Shown: positions 36,900 to 45,940 of the stretch, one piece after another
How the letters are laid out: each line of letters opens with the position of its first letter
Numbering within the stretch: position 1 is the stretch's first letter
Origin: Phycisphaera mikurensis NBRC 102666
GTDB lineage: Bacteria > Planctomycetota > Phycisphaerae > Phycisphaerales > SM1A02
NCBI GenBank assembly: GCA_945878575.1
Contig: CAMDUB010000009.1
Coordinates: 87-64,086 of the forward strand
Direction of reading: 5' to 3'
DNA: 64,000 bases
The notes under the pieces: model-generated
The model's input: the letters and a program-made list of their open reading frames with translations, nothing else
Told to the model about the DNA's origin: nothing
Database searches by the model: none
Program-made: the position numbers and the translations under genes

Positions 36900-37847
36900 A
36901 TGACCACCTCTGCTGTCAATCTCCGCGCCGTTTGGAAACGCTTTGGCAAGACCGAGGCCGTTCGTGGCATCGATCTTGACGTACCCGATGGATCCCTCAC
37001 CGGATTCATTGGTCCAAACGGCGCGGGTAAGAGCACCACCATCCGGATGATCATGTCGATCATCTATCCCGATGAGGGCTCGGTGCAGGTGTTGGGCGCG
37101 GACGCCATCAGTGCCAAGGATCGGATCGGCTATCTGCCGGAAGAGCGCGGACTCTATCGACGCATGCGCGTGATGGAATTTCTGAAATTCATGGCCACCC
37201 TCAAGGGTATGCCCGCTGCTGGCTTAGACGGACGCGTCAACGCCTGGCTGGAACGCGTGCAATTGACCGACGCCAGCAAGAAGCGCTGCCAAGAATTGTC
37301 CAAGGGACAACAACAGAAGGTGCAATTCATTGCCAGCGTCATTCATGATCCCGAACTCATCATCCTTGATGAGCCATTCAGCGGATTGGATCCAGTCAAC
37401 GCGCGCCTCATCAACCGCTTGATCCGCGACTTGCATGAGGCCGGACGGACCATCATCTTCTCCACGCATGTCATGCATCAAGCCGAGCAGCTCTGTGACC
37501 GCATCGTCCTGATCAACCGCGGCGAGAAGATCCTGGATGCATCGATGACAGAGATTCACGCACGCTTTGATCCGCGCACGGTGCAAGTGGAACCATCCTC
37601 GCATAACCCAGCGGACGCATCCCGCCTGGGCGCACTGCCAGGCGTGGAGCGGGCACAATGGAATCCGGAACGCCACGCTGCCGAATTGACAATCGCGCGC
37701 GACATTGATCCGCAAAGTGTGATGCGTGCGGCCATCGCACTGATGCCAATACGTACGGTTGAATTGCGCAAGACAACACTTGATGATGTCTTCGTTGAAC
37801 TTGTTGGCGAGGCAATGCCCTCGAGTGAGGAATCCGGCAATGGCTGA
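36900..37847 (+). CDS. ABC transporter ATP-binding protein (ABC-2/NatA-like)
   Basis: Walker A GPNGAGKST, signature LSKGQQQKV and Walker B IILDEPFSGLD. Confidence 0.9.
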   Translation: MTTSAVNLRAVWKRFGKTEAVRGIDLDVPDGSLTGFIGPNGAGKSTTIRMIMSIIYPDEGSVQVLGADAISAKDRIGYLPEERGLYRRMRVMEFLKFMATLKGMPAAGLDGRVNAWLERVQLTDASKKRCQELSKGQQQKVQFIASVIHDPELIILDEPFSGLDPVNARLINRLIRDLHEAGRTIIFSTHVMHQAEQLCDRIVLINRGEKILDASMTEIHARFDPRTVQVEPSSHNPADASRLGALPGVERAQWNPERHAAELTIARDIDPQSVMRAAIALMPIRTVELRKTTLDDVFVELVGEAMPSSEESGNG

Positions 37848-39219
37848 TCGAGTGCACGCCAGTTCAATGCGCAGAATCTGGACGATCGCGTTTCGCGAAT
37901 TCCGTCACACCGTCATCACTAAGGGATTCATCTTTGGCGCGCTGGTGATGCCGGTAGTGATGTTTGCTGGCATTGCTGCCATCGGACTACTGATCGGAAT
38001 GCAAGTGACCCCCGTGGCGGGCACCCTGGTGGTGATCGATGAAAGTGGCACGGTTGCTGGATTCACGGCCGAAGAACTCACCCCTGAGCAAGTGGCCAAA
38101 GATATGCAGGACACGCTCAAGCGAAACTCTGCACTCAAGAATTGGCCCGGCGGTGATGTTGCGCAACAAGCAACCGCCAGCCTGCCATCCATCGATGTCC
38201 AGGTGGAATCCGTGCAAGACGTCACTCGCGTGGATGAACTGCGCGCCAAGGTGCAAGACGGATCGCTCCTTGGCCTTGCCATCGTGCCGCCCGAGCTCCT
38301 CAACGCCAATTCCAAGGATGCCGAAGGCAACGACCTCACCTACACGCTCATCGTGCCCACGCGGAGCGCACCGCGGCTCACTGGCATATTGGAGAAATCC
38401 ATCGCCAAGGGGATTGTCAAAGCGCGTGTGCAGCGGGTTGGCACGGACTACACATCGTTGAAAGCGCTGCTAGCGCTACCAGAAACATCAGTACGCCGAA
38501 TGTCTGTCGAAGGAGCAGAAGCGGACGAGAACGTGCTTGCCAAGACGCTCCTTCCCATGGGATTCATGATGCTCCTGTGGGCGACCACGTTCGCAAGCGG
38601 GCAGTACCTGCTCACTACCACTATTGAGGAGAAATCCAGCAAGGTGATGGAAGTGCTCCTCAGCGCTGTCAGTCCCATGGAACTTCTGTGCGGCAAGCTC
38701 CTGGGATATGCCATGGTTTCAGCAGTGATGCTGGGCATGTACGGGGCGTTGGGAATTGCCGGCCTGATCGCCGCAGCCATGGGCGACCTGGTATCGCCGG
38801 GGATGCTCATCCTGATGCTTGTCTACTTTGTGATGGCCTATGCGTTTGTGTCCACCATGATGGCAAGCGTCGGCAGCGCAGTGAATGATCTCCGCGAGGC
38901 GCAAAGTTTGGTAACGCCCGCCATGCTGATCTTGATGCTGCCGATCATGCTTTGGCTACCCATCAGTGAACAACCCAACGGTTGGATCGCCACCATTTCC
39001 AGCTTCATTCCGCCAGCGATCCCCTTCGTCATGGTGCTCCGCGTGACTGCCAGCAACGAGCAGATCGATACCTGGCAAGTGGTATTCAGCCTCGTCTGGG
39101 GCTTCGCCTGGGTTGGAGTCTTCATCTGGGGCGGTGCCAAGATCTTCCGCGTTGGCGTACTGATGCAAGGCAAGCCGCCCTCCCCACGCGAACTCCTCAA
39201 GTGGATTCGCATGGCCTGA
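37840..39219 (+). CDS. ABC-2 type transporter permease (NatB-like)
   Basis: The ATG at 37840 overlaps the ATPase stop (ATGGCTGA). The protein has an N-terminal TM helix, a large extracytoplasmic loop and a C-terminal bundle of 5-6 TM helices. Confidence 0.7.
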   Translation: MADRVHASSMRRIWTIAFREFRHTVITKGFIFGALVMPVVMFAGIAAIGLLIGMQVTPVAGTLVVIDESGTVAGFTAEELTPEQVAKDMQDTLKRNSALKNWPGGDVAQQATASLPSIDVQVESVQDVTRVDELRAKVQDGSLLGLAIVPPELLNANSKDAEGNDLTYTLIVPTRSAPRLTGILEKSIAKGIVKARVQRVGTDYTSLKALLALPETSVRRMSVEGAEADENVLAKTLLPMGFMMLLWATTFASGQYLLTTTIEEKSSKVMEVLLSAVSPMELLCGKLLGYAMVSAVMLGMYGALGIAGLIAAAMGDLVSPGMLILMLVYFVMAYAFVSTMMASVGSAVNDLREAQSLVTPAMLILMLPIMLWLPISEQPNGWIATISSFIPPAIPFVMVLRVTASNEQIDTWQVVFSLVWGFAWVGVFIWGGAKIFRVGVLMQGKPPSPRELLKWIRMA

Positions 39220-39249
39220 GCAGGTGACCCGAGCGACTACAGTGACGGA

Positions 39250-40770
39250 GTGAGCGGCGTCCTCATACTCCTCGTATCAAGTGTTGTGCTGGTGCTGCTA
39301 TTCAGTGCACTCGGCGTCGGCGCTGTGTGGTGGGCGCTCTTTGGTGACAAAGCACGCTCGCGCCGCTGCCCACGCTGCTGGCATGATCTGTCCGGCACCC
39401 CTGGAATGACCTGCGGCGAATGTGGCCATGTGGCACATCATGAACGCGAACTGCTGCAAACGCGCCGGCGCTGGGGCGTGGCGATCGTTGCGCTCGTTGG
39501 AATTCTGGTGGTCACCGGTTGGGCGCGACTGGAAATACTCAATGCTTCGTGGGTTGGATTTGTCCCCAACGCAGTGCTTGTGCAACTGCCGCGCCTGTTG
39601 CCCAGCGGCCAGTTACCGACGTGGGCGCAGACTGAACTCAACAACCGGATCGTGAATGGGCAACTTGATGGCCAGCAAATCTTGAATCTGATTGATGTAC
39701 TTGATCCCGGCGAGGACGCGCTTGGAAACCCAGACGATTGGCGCACCCTCACGCTTGCGCGTGCAACATTCTGTCTTCCCGCCGAACTTGCCTCGGTCGC
39801 CGACGAACCCGTCGCTTCCGCTGAAGTGCGTCGCGAAGCGCGCGCGAAGTTTGTATCTGCGCGCACCGGCCGCCTGACACTCCTTACCCCATGGATCGAT
39901 GTGGTTTTACCCACAGAGTGGCCCGTTGGCGTACCGCCAGTTGCGGGTGTGCGCGGCACCGTGTGGGGCACCAATACGGAATGGCGCATCCGGTTGCATG
40001 ACGATCACTCCAACTGGCTGGTGGGCGACGGCATGTCCGCATTGCGGCGCCAACCAGGATTTGGCGCACTGCAACTACCGATCCCAACAACCGACGGTCG
40101 CGTCCAAGCAACGCTGGAGTTTGAAACTCGCCGACGCGATGACGGAGCCGCACAATGGAATCCATGGATTCCCCAACCACCGATTGTGATTGATGCGGTG
40201 GTTCGCCCGCTCGATCTTTCGCATATGCAACCGAGTGATGATGCAGAGATCACCCAGACTGCACGCGAGGCATTTGAGTTCCCCGTATCGATCTGGACTG
40301 ATGACAATCGTCCAGCTGGTATTCGTTTCAACACGCGCGCCTTCGCGAGTCCGGACTACGCAGACATGTTGATCGGCGTGGTACTGGAACTACGGGAGAA
40401 CGGCGTTGCCAGGCGCCGCTCGCACCTGTGGTGGCCGGGCTCGAGCCTGGCCCGTACTGGCTGGGAAGTTGACCTGGAAGATGTGCAAGCGCTGCGGCGT
40501 CTGCGTGATCTCGCAAGCCAACGCGGGGCATTGCCAGCCGATCCGGACGGCGGCAATTCCATCCCCGGGTGGACCATGTCCGTCCGCGGCGACCGGCTGA
40601 TGGCGCTCCGAGCCATGGGTGCCGGAAGCCACAACGAGGCAAGCATGCGCTTCTGGAGCGGACAATTTGAAACCCCACTCCGAGTCAGCGAACGCCCGGA
40701 AACAGCCCCAAATCGGGTATTTCGCCAGGAATCGCGCTCGCCTGCTCCCGGGCTACCTAAACAAAAATAA
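39250..40770 (+). CDS. Hypothetical membrane-anchored protein with zinc-ribbon motif
   Basis: GTG start. A TM helix (LILLVSSVVLVLLFSALGVGAVWWALF) is followed by CPRCWHDLSGTPGMTCGECGH, a second TM helix, and a ~400-aa domain with no recognisable family. Confidence 0.55.
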   Translation: MSGVLILLVSSVVLVLLFSALGVGAVWWALFGDKARSRRCPRCWHDLSGTPGMTCGECGHVAHHERELLQTRRRWGVAIVALVGILVVTGWARLEILNASWVGFVPNAVLVQLPRLLPSGQLPTWAQTELNNRIVNGQLDGQQILNLIDVLDPGEDALGNPDDWRTLTLARATFCLPAELASVADEPVASAEVRREARAKFVSARTGRLTLLTPWIDVVLPTEWPVGVPPVAGVRGTVWGTNTEWRIRLHDDHSNWLVGDGMSALRRQPGFGALQLPIPTTDGRVQATLEFETRRRDDGAAQWNPWIPQPPIVIDAVVRPLDLSHMQPSDDAEITQTAREAFEFPVSIWTDDNRPAGIRFNTRAFASPDYADMLIGVVLELRENGVARRRSHLWWPGSSLARTGWEVDLEDVQALRRLRDLASQRGALPADPDGGNSIPGWTMSVRGDRLMALRAMGAGSHNEASMRFWSGQFETPLRVSERPETAPNRVFRQESRSPAPGLPKQK

Positions 40771-40873
40771 AATTCTGTAAGGATGCCTGATCCATAATCT
40801 CGGTTCCTTACGCATATCAAGTTGGAGAGATCGGTTAGAGGCTCATTGGACACCACGTTGTGAGGCGCTTCAT

Positions 40874-41356
40874 ATGGACCGTGACTTTTCCCCGAGCTAC
40901 GCAACTTCCACGCATGACGAACCTGCCGCGCGAACATTCGCTCGACCCGCTCGCCCTGCCCATGCAATCCTGGAACATGCTCTCGCCACCCACGGACGCG
41001 CGCAGCACGAGTGGCTGCAGCCAGCGGTGGGATCTGCAAGTGCCTTCAATCGCGACGAAGCACACGTGCTCGTCGATGCGAATCGCTGCATCGCTGCGAC
41101 CGATGATCAAGCGCTCGAAGTTGACTTGGTCATCTGCAGCGGATCCGCGAACGCCGACGCCGAAATCCTGTATCGACTTCCCGCTGGCAGTTACCTCTGT
41201 GCAGACGACGCGTGGGACTCACCGATCTTTGACGCCATTTCAGATGACAAGGAACGTCGAGTCCGGGTTGAACTCCCCGACGGTCGAACCAAGATCACCT
41301 GCCGACTTGAACGCGGCGGTCGTCTCAGCGTACGGCTTGTGAATCAGAAATCTTGA
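40874..41356 (+). CDS. Hypothetical protein
   Basis: 160 aa with balanced composition, unlike the overlapping 40860 frame. Its 3' end overlaps the convergent kinase gene by 32 nt. Confidence 0.4.
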   Translation: MDRDFSPSYATSTHDEPAARTFARPARPAHAILEHALATHGRAQHEWLQPAVGSASAFNRDEAHVLVDANRCIAATDDQALEVDLVICSGSANADAEILYRLPAGSYLCADDAWDSPIFDAISDDKERRVRVELPDGRTKITCRLERGGRLSVRLVNQKS

Positions 41357-42461
41357 GCGTCTCAACCAAGGCGCGCATGGCGTCCGCCATCTCGGCAGCA
41401 GAACCAAAGCGCTGCTCGGGTGACTTGGCCAAGGCACGCTCAAAGAATGCCACTGCTGGATGTCCCGCCTCTACAGCACCAGTGCTATCAAGCGCCCGGG
41501 CGGGCTCCGCAATGATGGTGCGCAGCATCTCCGCGGACGTGTGGCCATCCATGTCGTAGGGCAAGGTGCCCGCCAGCAGTTCGTAAGCGACCACTCCAAG
41601 TTGGTACAGGTCGGATCGATGATCAGCGTGTCGCGAGTTACCAGAAGCTTGCTCGGGGCTCAGGTAGCTCAGTGTTCCGATGATTTGCCCAGTCAGCGTG
41701 TGCTCCTGACGCGTGTTCAGATCGCCGTCAAGGACGCGTGCCGCACCGAAATCGATGAGTCGAGCACCACCGGTATGTTCGACCAGGATGTTGCCCGGCT
41801 TGAGATCGCGATGAATGATGCCATGCCCGTGCGCAACTGTCAGCGCGTCGGCGATCGACACCAGCATCTCCATGCGGCGATACGCAGGAACATGTTGCTC
41901 GCGGCAATGCTTGCGAATGTCTTGGCCGTCAATGAAATCCATCACCAAGTACGCGCATCCGCCATCAAGCGTGCCCGCGGAACGAAGCGCCACCAACGCG
42001 GGATGCCGCAGCCGAGCCAGCAACCGCCATTCACGCCGAAAGCGTGCTGCAGCGCTGCGACCGGAACTCTCCACATGAACCAACTTCACTGCGACCAGTT
42101 CACCGGACTCAGTCTCGCGGCAGAGTTGCACCACCCCCGCGCCACCACGCCCAAGTTCACGAATCGGCTCATAGCCCGACGGAAGCGAAAGGACCGGCGA
42201 AATCGATGCCACTTCCACGCCCGCGCAATCCCACGCGGACACACCACCTTCATCAGCCCGCAAGAGCGATCGAACCAATTCAACCAGCGCGAGATCGCCG
42301 CCGCAGGAATCTTCGACGAACATCTGTCGCTCATCAGCGGGCATGTCGCAAGCACAGGTGAAAATAGCTCGCGCGCGGCGAAGGCGGTTCGACTTTGCTG
42401 GGTCAACCGCCGGCCCTCGCTGGCCAGTCTGCACTTGGGTACTTGCGCTGTGATCTGTCAT
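41325..42461 (-). CDS. Ser/Thr protein kinase
   Basis: Hanks kinase motifs: GRGGAGVV (glycine loop), VAVK, HRDLKPGNILV, DFGAAR and SYLSPEQ. The start overlaps the upstream sigma-factor stop by 4 nt. Confidence 0.85.
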   Translation of the reverse strand: MTDHSASTQVQTGQRGPAVDPAKSNRLRRARAIFTCACDMPADERQMFVEDSCGGDLALVELVRSLLRADEGGVSAWDCAGVEVASISPVLSLPSGYEPIRELGRGGAGVVQLCRETESGELVAVKLVHVESSGRSAAARFRREWRLLARLRHPALVALRSAGTLDGGCAYLVMDFIDGQDIRKHCREQHVPAYRRMEMLVSIADALTVAHGHGIIHRDLKPGNILVEHTGGARLIDFGAARVLDGDLNTRQEHTLTGQIIGTLSYLSPEQASGNSRHADHRSDLYQLGVVAYELLAGTLPYDMDGHTSAEMLRTIIAEPARALDSTGAVEAGHPAVAFFERALAKSPEQRFGSAAEMADAMRALVETLKISDSQAVR

Positions 42462-43075
42462 GGACGAACCGACTCGCCTTCTTCGTCTAGGCCGTTGAGT
42501 TCAATGCCGAGCTTCTGCGCCAAGAACGCCCGCCCGAATCGCCAGTCGCGATTCACGGTTGGCCGGGAGATACCCAGCGCTTCAGAAATCTCCGCAACCG
42601 TCATGCCAGCGAACACCTTGCATTCCAAGACCTGGGCAGCGCGCGCATCCATTGCCTCAAGTTCGGTAAGTGCTTCGTCAATAGCGAACACATCCGATGG
42701 ATCCATGCGGCTGTCGTCAGCCAAGAACGCCAGTGCTGCGTCTCCGCCACGCTTCGTCGCGCCGCGCTTGGCTGCACCGCGTGATCGGGCGTGATCAACC
42801 AGCACGCAGCGCATGGCATGCGCAGTCACCGCCAGCAGGTTGTTTGCGTTGGCAAACTCGCCTGGATTGCGATGCGCTAGGCGCAGAAACGCCTCGCTCA
42901 CAATGGCGGTCGGCTGCAAGGTGTGGCTGGCGCGCTCTTGGCGCATCAACACCGATGCCATTGACCGCAACTGCGGATAAATTTCTTTGAATCCATCTGC
43001 GATTGAACGCAGTGTTGATCCGCCCCGTTGGAGCACAGAATCAACAGCCTTTTCCTCTATCTGGATCGAACTCAT
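42458..43075 (-). CDS. ECF-type RNA polymerase sigma factor
   Basis: The start MSSIQIEE at 43075 is preceded by GGAGGAGGG. Region 2 is TLQPTAIVSEAFLRL and the region 4 HTH is MTVAEISEALGISRPTVNRDWRFGRAFL. The upstream ORF-track extension to 43231 has no coding character. Confidence 0.8.
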   Translation of the reverse strand: MSSIQIEEKAVDSVLQRGGSTLRSIADGFKEIYPQLRSMASVLMRQERASHTLQPTAIVSEAFLRLAHRNPGEFANANNLLAVTAHAMRCVLVDHARSRGAAKRGATKRGGDAALAFLADDSRMDPSDVFAIDEALTELEAMDARAAQVLECKVFAGMTVAEISEALGISRPTVNRDWRFGRAFLAQKLGIELNGLDEEGESVRP

Positions 43076-43471
43076 GGAGTTTCCCTCCTCCGGTGCGAAG
43101 ATAACCCCGATCAACAGCGAGTCAAACAATGCATGAGCTCCCGAGAGCCGCACTTCTCTGCAGGATCGCACGGCGGCATCCGCAGGGAATTTGCATGCGA
43201 AGAGGTCCACAGATTTACGTCGCGGGTGCACGCCCGGGGATCCAAATGGAGCGCCATCACAAATTCATGTCTTTGAATGACTTACGAAAAAAGTCGATGG
43301 CGCCAACGTGGCCCATGACGTGTGTGAATTGAGACGTAACTTAACTTCCCAGTTGAGATTCAAAAATTTGTCATTGCCTCTTGAGGCGCAAAAATAATTC
43401 TTGGAATTTCGTCAAAGCATGGTCCAAGCGCCCGTGCTCGGCCTTCACCTGTCCTCCAAACGTCCTCCAAA

Positions 43472-43508
43472 ACGCCACACGCGCGCTCGTTGAGCGCGCG
43501 TGTGGCGT
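43472..43508 (-). terminator. Orphan 17-bp perfect hairpin, terminator-like on the minus strand
   Basis: acgccacacgcgcgctc (43472-43488) pairs with gagcgcgcgtgtggcgt (43492-43508) across a 3-nt loop. On the minus strand it is followed by UUUUGGAGGACGUUUGG. No annotated minus-strand gene ends here. Confidence 0.5.
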
Positions 43509-43646
43509 GAGAAGAGAGGCAGGTTTAAAGATCGTTGGGACGACCCTGCCCTCCGCCCTTGGAGGCGCAATCCACGACCAAAGTGGATCACACTGAATCA
43601 ACACAAATGTCAAAATTCCAAAGATTCCGTTTCCTACACTTTCTTC

Positions 43647-44198
43647 ATGCACTCGTCCCTTTGGGCACCGTGGCGAATGGCCTACATCAGCGCCCTTGAA
43701 TCGCAAGTCAACGCCGCCAAGGCATCGCCACCCGCGGGGAGCCCCAACTTCCTGGCGGACTACTGGGCCCACCCCGACCGCGATACAGAACAACAGGTCG
43801 TCCACCGTGATGCCCGCGGCATGGTGCTCCTCAATCGATACCCGTACACCAACGGCCATCTGTTGGTGGCACTCGGCGAACCAAAGCCCACCATCGACGC
43901 CTACACCCCGCCGGATCGAGCGCACTTCTGGAGGCTGATGGAGTTGGCGATGGACCTGTGCCAGCACACCTTCCACCCGCAAGGGATGAACGTCGGACTG
44001 AACCTCGGCCGCGCGGCGGGAGCGGGCCTACCCGAGCACCTGCACGGTCACGTGGTCCCACGCTGGAACGGCGACACTAATTTTATGAGCGTTCTCGGAT
44101 CAACCCGGATGATTCCCGACGCCTTGGATCGAACCTTTGACGCCTATCGCGCAACACTTCCGCAGTCATTGCTTCGCACCGGCCTATTGCCGGGCTAG
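43647..44198 (+). CDS. HIT-family nucleotide hydrolase/transferase
   Basis: Start MHSSLWAPWRMAYI at 43647. Histidine-triad motif LPEHLHGHVVPRWNGDTNFM. Confidence 0.75.
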   Translation: MHSSLWAPWRMAYISALESQVNAAKASPPAGSPNFLADYWAHPDRDTEQQVVHRDARGMVLLNRYPYTNGHLLVALGEPKPTIDAYTPPDRAHFWRLMELAMDLCQHTFHPQGMNVGLNLGRAAGAGLPEHLHGHVVPRWNGDTNFMSVLGSTRMIPDALDRTFDAYRATLPQSLLRTGLLPG

Positions 44199-44445
44199 AC
44201 TGCACATGGATTGACGGGGTCCGACCCCCTCGGGTGCAGGTTCGACGCCTATTTGCTCGAACCGATGCGAACCCCAAGGGATCGCCACCCAATCGCTGCG
44301 ACGAAGGCCATGCCTCCCTCGAGTGGAAGGCCGGGATCGACGGCAGGCGAACCCACCTACGCTTGGGGTTCGAGCTTCGCGTCCGCCAGCCCCCGACGGG
44401 GTCGGGCTCCGTTAATCCCCCCACCGCCCCGCTTTTCGTATTGAA
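44199..44445 (+). other. Structured intergenic region / candidate leader with mutually exclusive helices
   Basis: GGTTCGA (44239-45) pairs with TCGAACC (44257-63). CTTGGGGTTCG (44362-72) can pair with CGAACCCCAAG (44268-78, 11 bp) or with CGAACCC (44348-54, 7 bp). A CCCGAC/GTCGGG hairpin lies at 44392-44406 and GCTTTTCG at 44431. Confidence 0.35.
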
Positions 44446-45894
44446 ATGAAGCACGCCGCACACCCACGCTCGCTGGTTGAACTCTTCACCAGCTGGCTCT
44501 GGGGATTCCATCCGCGCTCGCTGCCGCCGATGCAGCGCACCAACTATGCGCGCGAATTGCTGTCATGGGCATTCCTTCCAATCATGCTCGGCGCGATTGA
44601 AGGCGGCACCATGTCGGTGCTGGTCAAGAAGGCGTGGACGGGAGTGCCGGGCATTTCCCCGGAACTCCTGGACTTTGCGGTGGCCTTCGTCAGCGCCGCA
44701 CCGAACTTCGCAAATCTCACCAGCTTCATATGGGCTCGAGTGAGCCGCGGTCGCGACAAGATCCGCTTCATTTCCACCATTCAGATTGGCACTTGTCTCT
44801 GCGTGGCGGCGGTCGCTGCCATGCCGCTGAATGCATGGGGACTGCTCGGAACATGCATCTTGGTGCTTCTCGCACGCGCGGCATGGACTGGCGTCATCAC
44901 CGTACGCGCGGCAGTGTGGCGACAGAACTACCCGAAGGAACGGCGCGCGAGCATCGCTGGAAAGATGGCCAGCGTGCAGTCAGTCATGCTGGCGCTCGCG
45001 GGATGGATCGTTGGCGCATCCATGGACTTCAGCCCGCAGAGTTTCCATATCACGTTTCCAGTGCTGGCGATCGTCGGCCTATACGGCAACTCAATCTTTC
45101 GCGGCGTGCGGTTGCGCGGAGCTGGACGACTTGCGCGATCTGAGCGCGCCGAATCCGGGCGCAGCACGATCAGTGCAAACCCCATGCACACGGCGGCCAT
45201 GGCGGGCGATGCACTGCACACCAATTGGCGCGTCCTAGTAGAGGATCGCGGCTACCGACAATTCATGATCTGGATGTTCGTGTTCGGCATGGGCAACTTG
45301 ATGATTGGCGCGCCACAGGCCATCGTCTTAGAGGACGGCCTTGGCGCGAGCTACCTGCAAGCGATTCTTGCCACCACCGTCATTCCGCTTATCACCATGC
45401 CACTGATCATTCCGATCTGGGCGCGACTGCTCGACCGCGTTCATGTGGTTCGATTCCGTGCGATTCACAGTTGGAGTTTCGTAGCCGCGGCGGGCACCCT
45501 CTGGCTGGCGGCTTCCCTTGGGCAACTTTGGCTCTTCTACGTGGCGGGAGCGTTCATGGGTGTCGGGTTTGCCGGCGGCGCGCTCGCGTGGAACTTGGGG
45601 CACCAAGACTTCGCCACTCCGGAACGCGATGCCCTCTATATGAGCGTCCACGTGACGCTGAATGGCATTCGCGGGGTGATTGCCCCCTTTCTGGCGGTGG
45701 GCCTGTACAAGTCACTCGGCGCTTGGGGGCTCCAGAATTGGACATTCGGCGCCTGCTTCCTCATCAATACGATCGGTGCAGTGGGATTCGTCCTGCAGTG
45801 GCGCGGAATGCAGCGCCGGGGAACCGACCACGAGTACGTCCGGTATCCCGAAATTGGGGCCGATGAGGGCGAAGTCCCCACTGACCCGCGCTGA
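44446..45894 (+). CDS. MFS-type transporter
   Basis: 482-aa ORF with about 12 hydrophobic helices in two halves separated by a basic loop (RGVRLRGAGRLARSER). An alternative start MQRTNYAREL at 44530 would lengthen the leader. Confidence 0.6.
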   Translation: MKHAAHPRSLVELFTSWLWGFHPRSLPPMQRTNYARELLSWAFLPIMLGAIEGGTMSVLVKKAWTGVPGISPELLDFAVAFVSAAPNFANLTSFIWARVSRGRDKIRFISTIQIGTCLCVAAVAAMPLNAWGLLGTCILVLLARAAWTGVITVRAAVWRQNYPKERRASIAGKMASVQSVMLALAGWIVGASMDFSPQSFHITFPVLAIVGLYGNSIFRGVRLRGAGRLARSERAESGRSTISANPMHTAAMAGDALHTNWRVLVEDRGYRQFMIWMFVFGMGNLMIGAPQAIVLEDGLGASYLQAILATTVIPLITMPLIIPIWARLLDRVHVVRFRAIHSWSFVAAAGTLWLAASLGQLWLFYVAGAFMGVGFAGGALAWNLGHQDFATPERDALYMSVHVTLNGIRGVIAPFLAVGLYKSLGAWGLQNWTFGACFLINTIGAVGFVLQWRGMQRRGTDHEYVRYPEIGADEGEVPTDPR

Positions 45895-45940
45895 CCCGCG
45901 CTGAGCCGCGCTGAGCATGGCTGAGCATGGCTGAGCATGC
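45881..45940 (+). repeat. Six tandem 10-nt units (CTGAsCnnGs) spanning the MFS stop codon
   Basis: ctgacccgcg x2, ctgagccgcg, ctgagcatgg x2, ctgagcatgc. The MFS stop TGA (45892-45894) lies inside unit 2. Confidence 0.85.

Noticed and set aside
44216-44430. Possible tmRNA (ssrA). GGTTCGACGCC…TGCGAACCCCAAGGGATCGCC resembles the 5' part of E. coli tmRNA (GGAUUCGACGGG…UGCGAAACCCAAGGUGCAUGCC), and the element starts near GGGG.
   Set aside because: At about 215 nt it is too short. I find no T-arm (GGUUCGAAUCC-type) or acceptor 3' strand complementary to the 5' end before an ACC(A), and no plausible tag frame ending in …AA-stop. Part of the resemblance comes from an internal inverted repeat, since both strands show it. 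It is kept only as an unassigned structured region.
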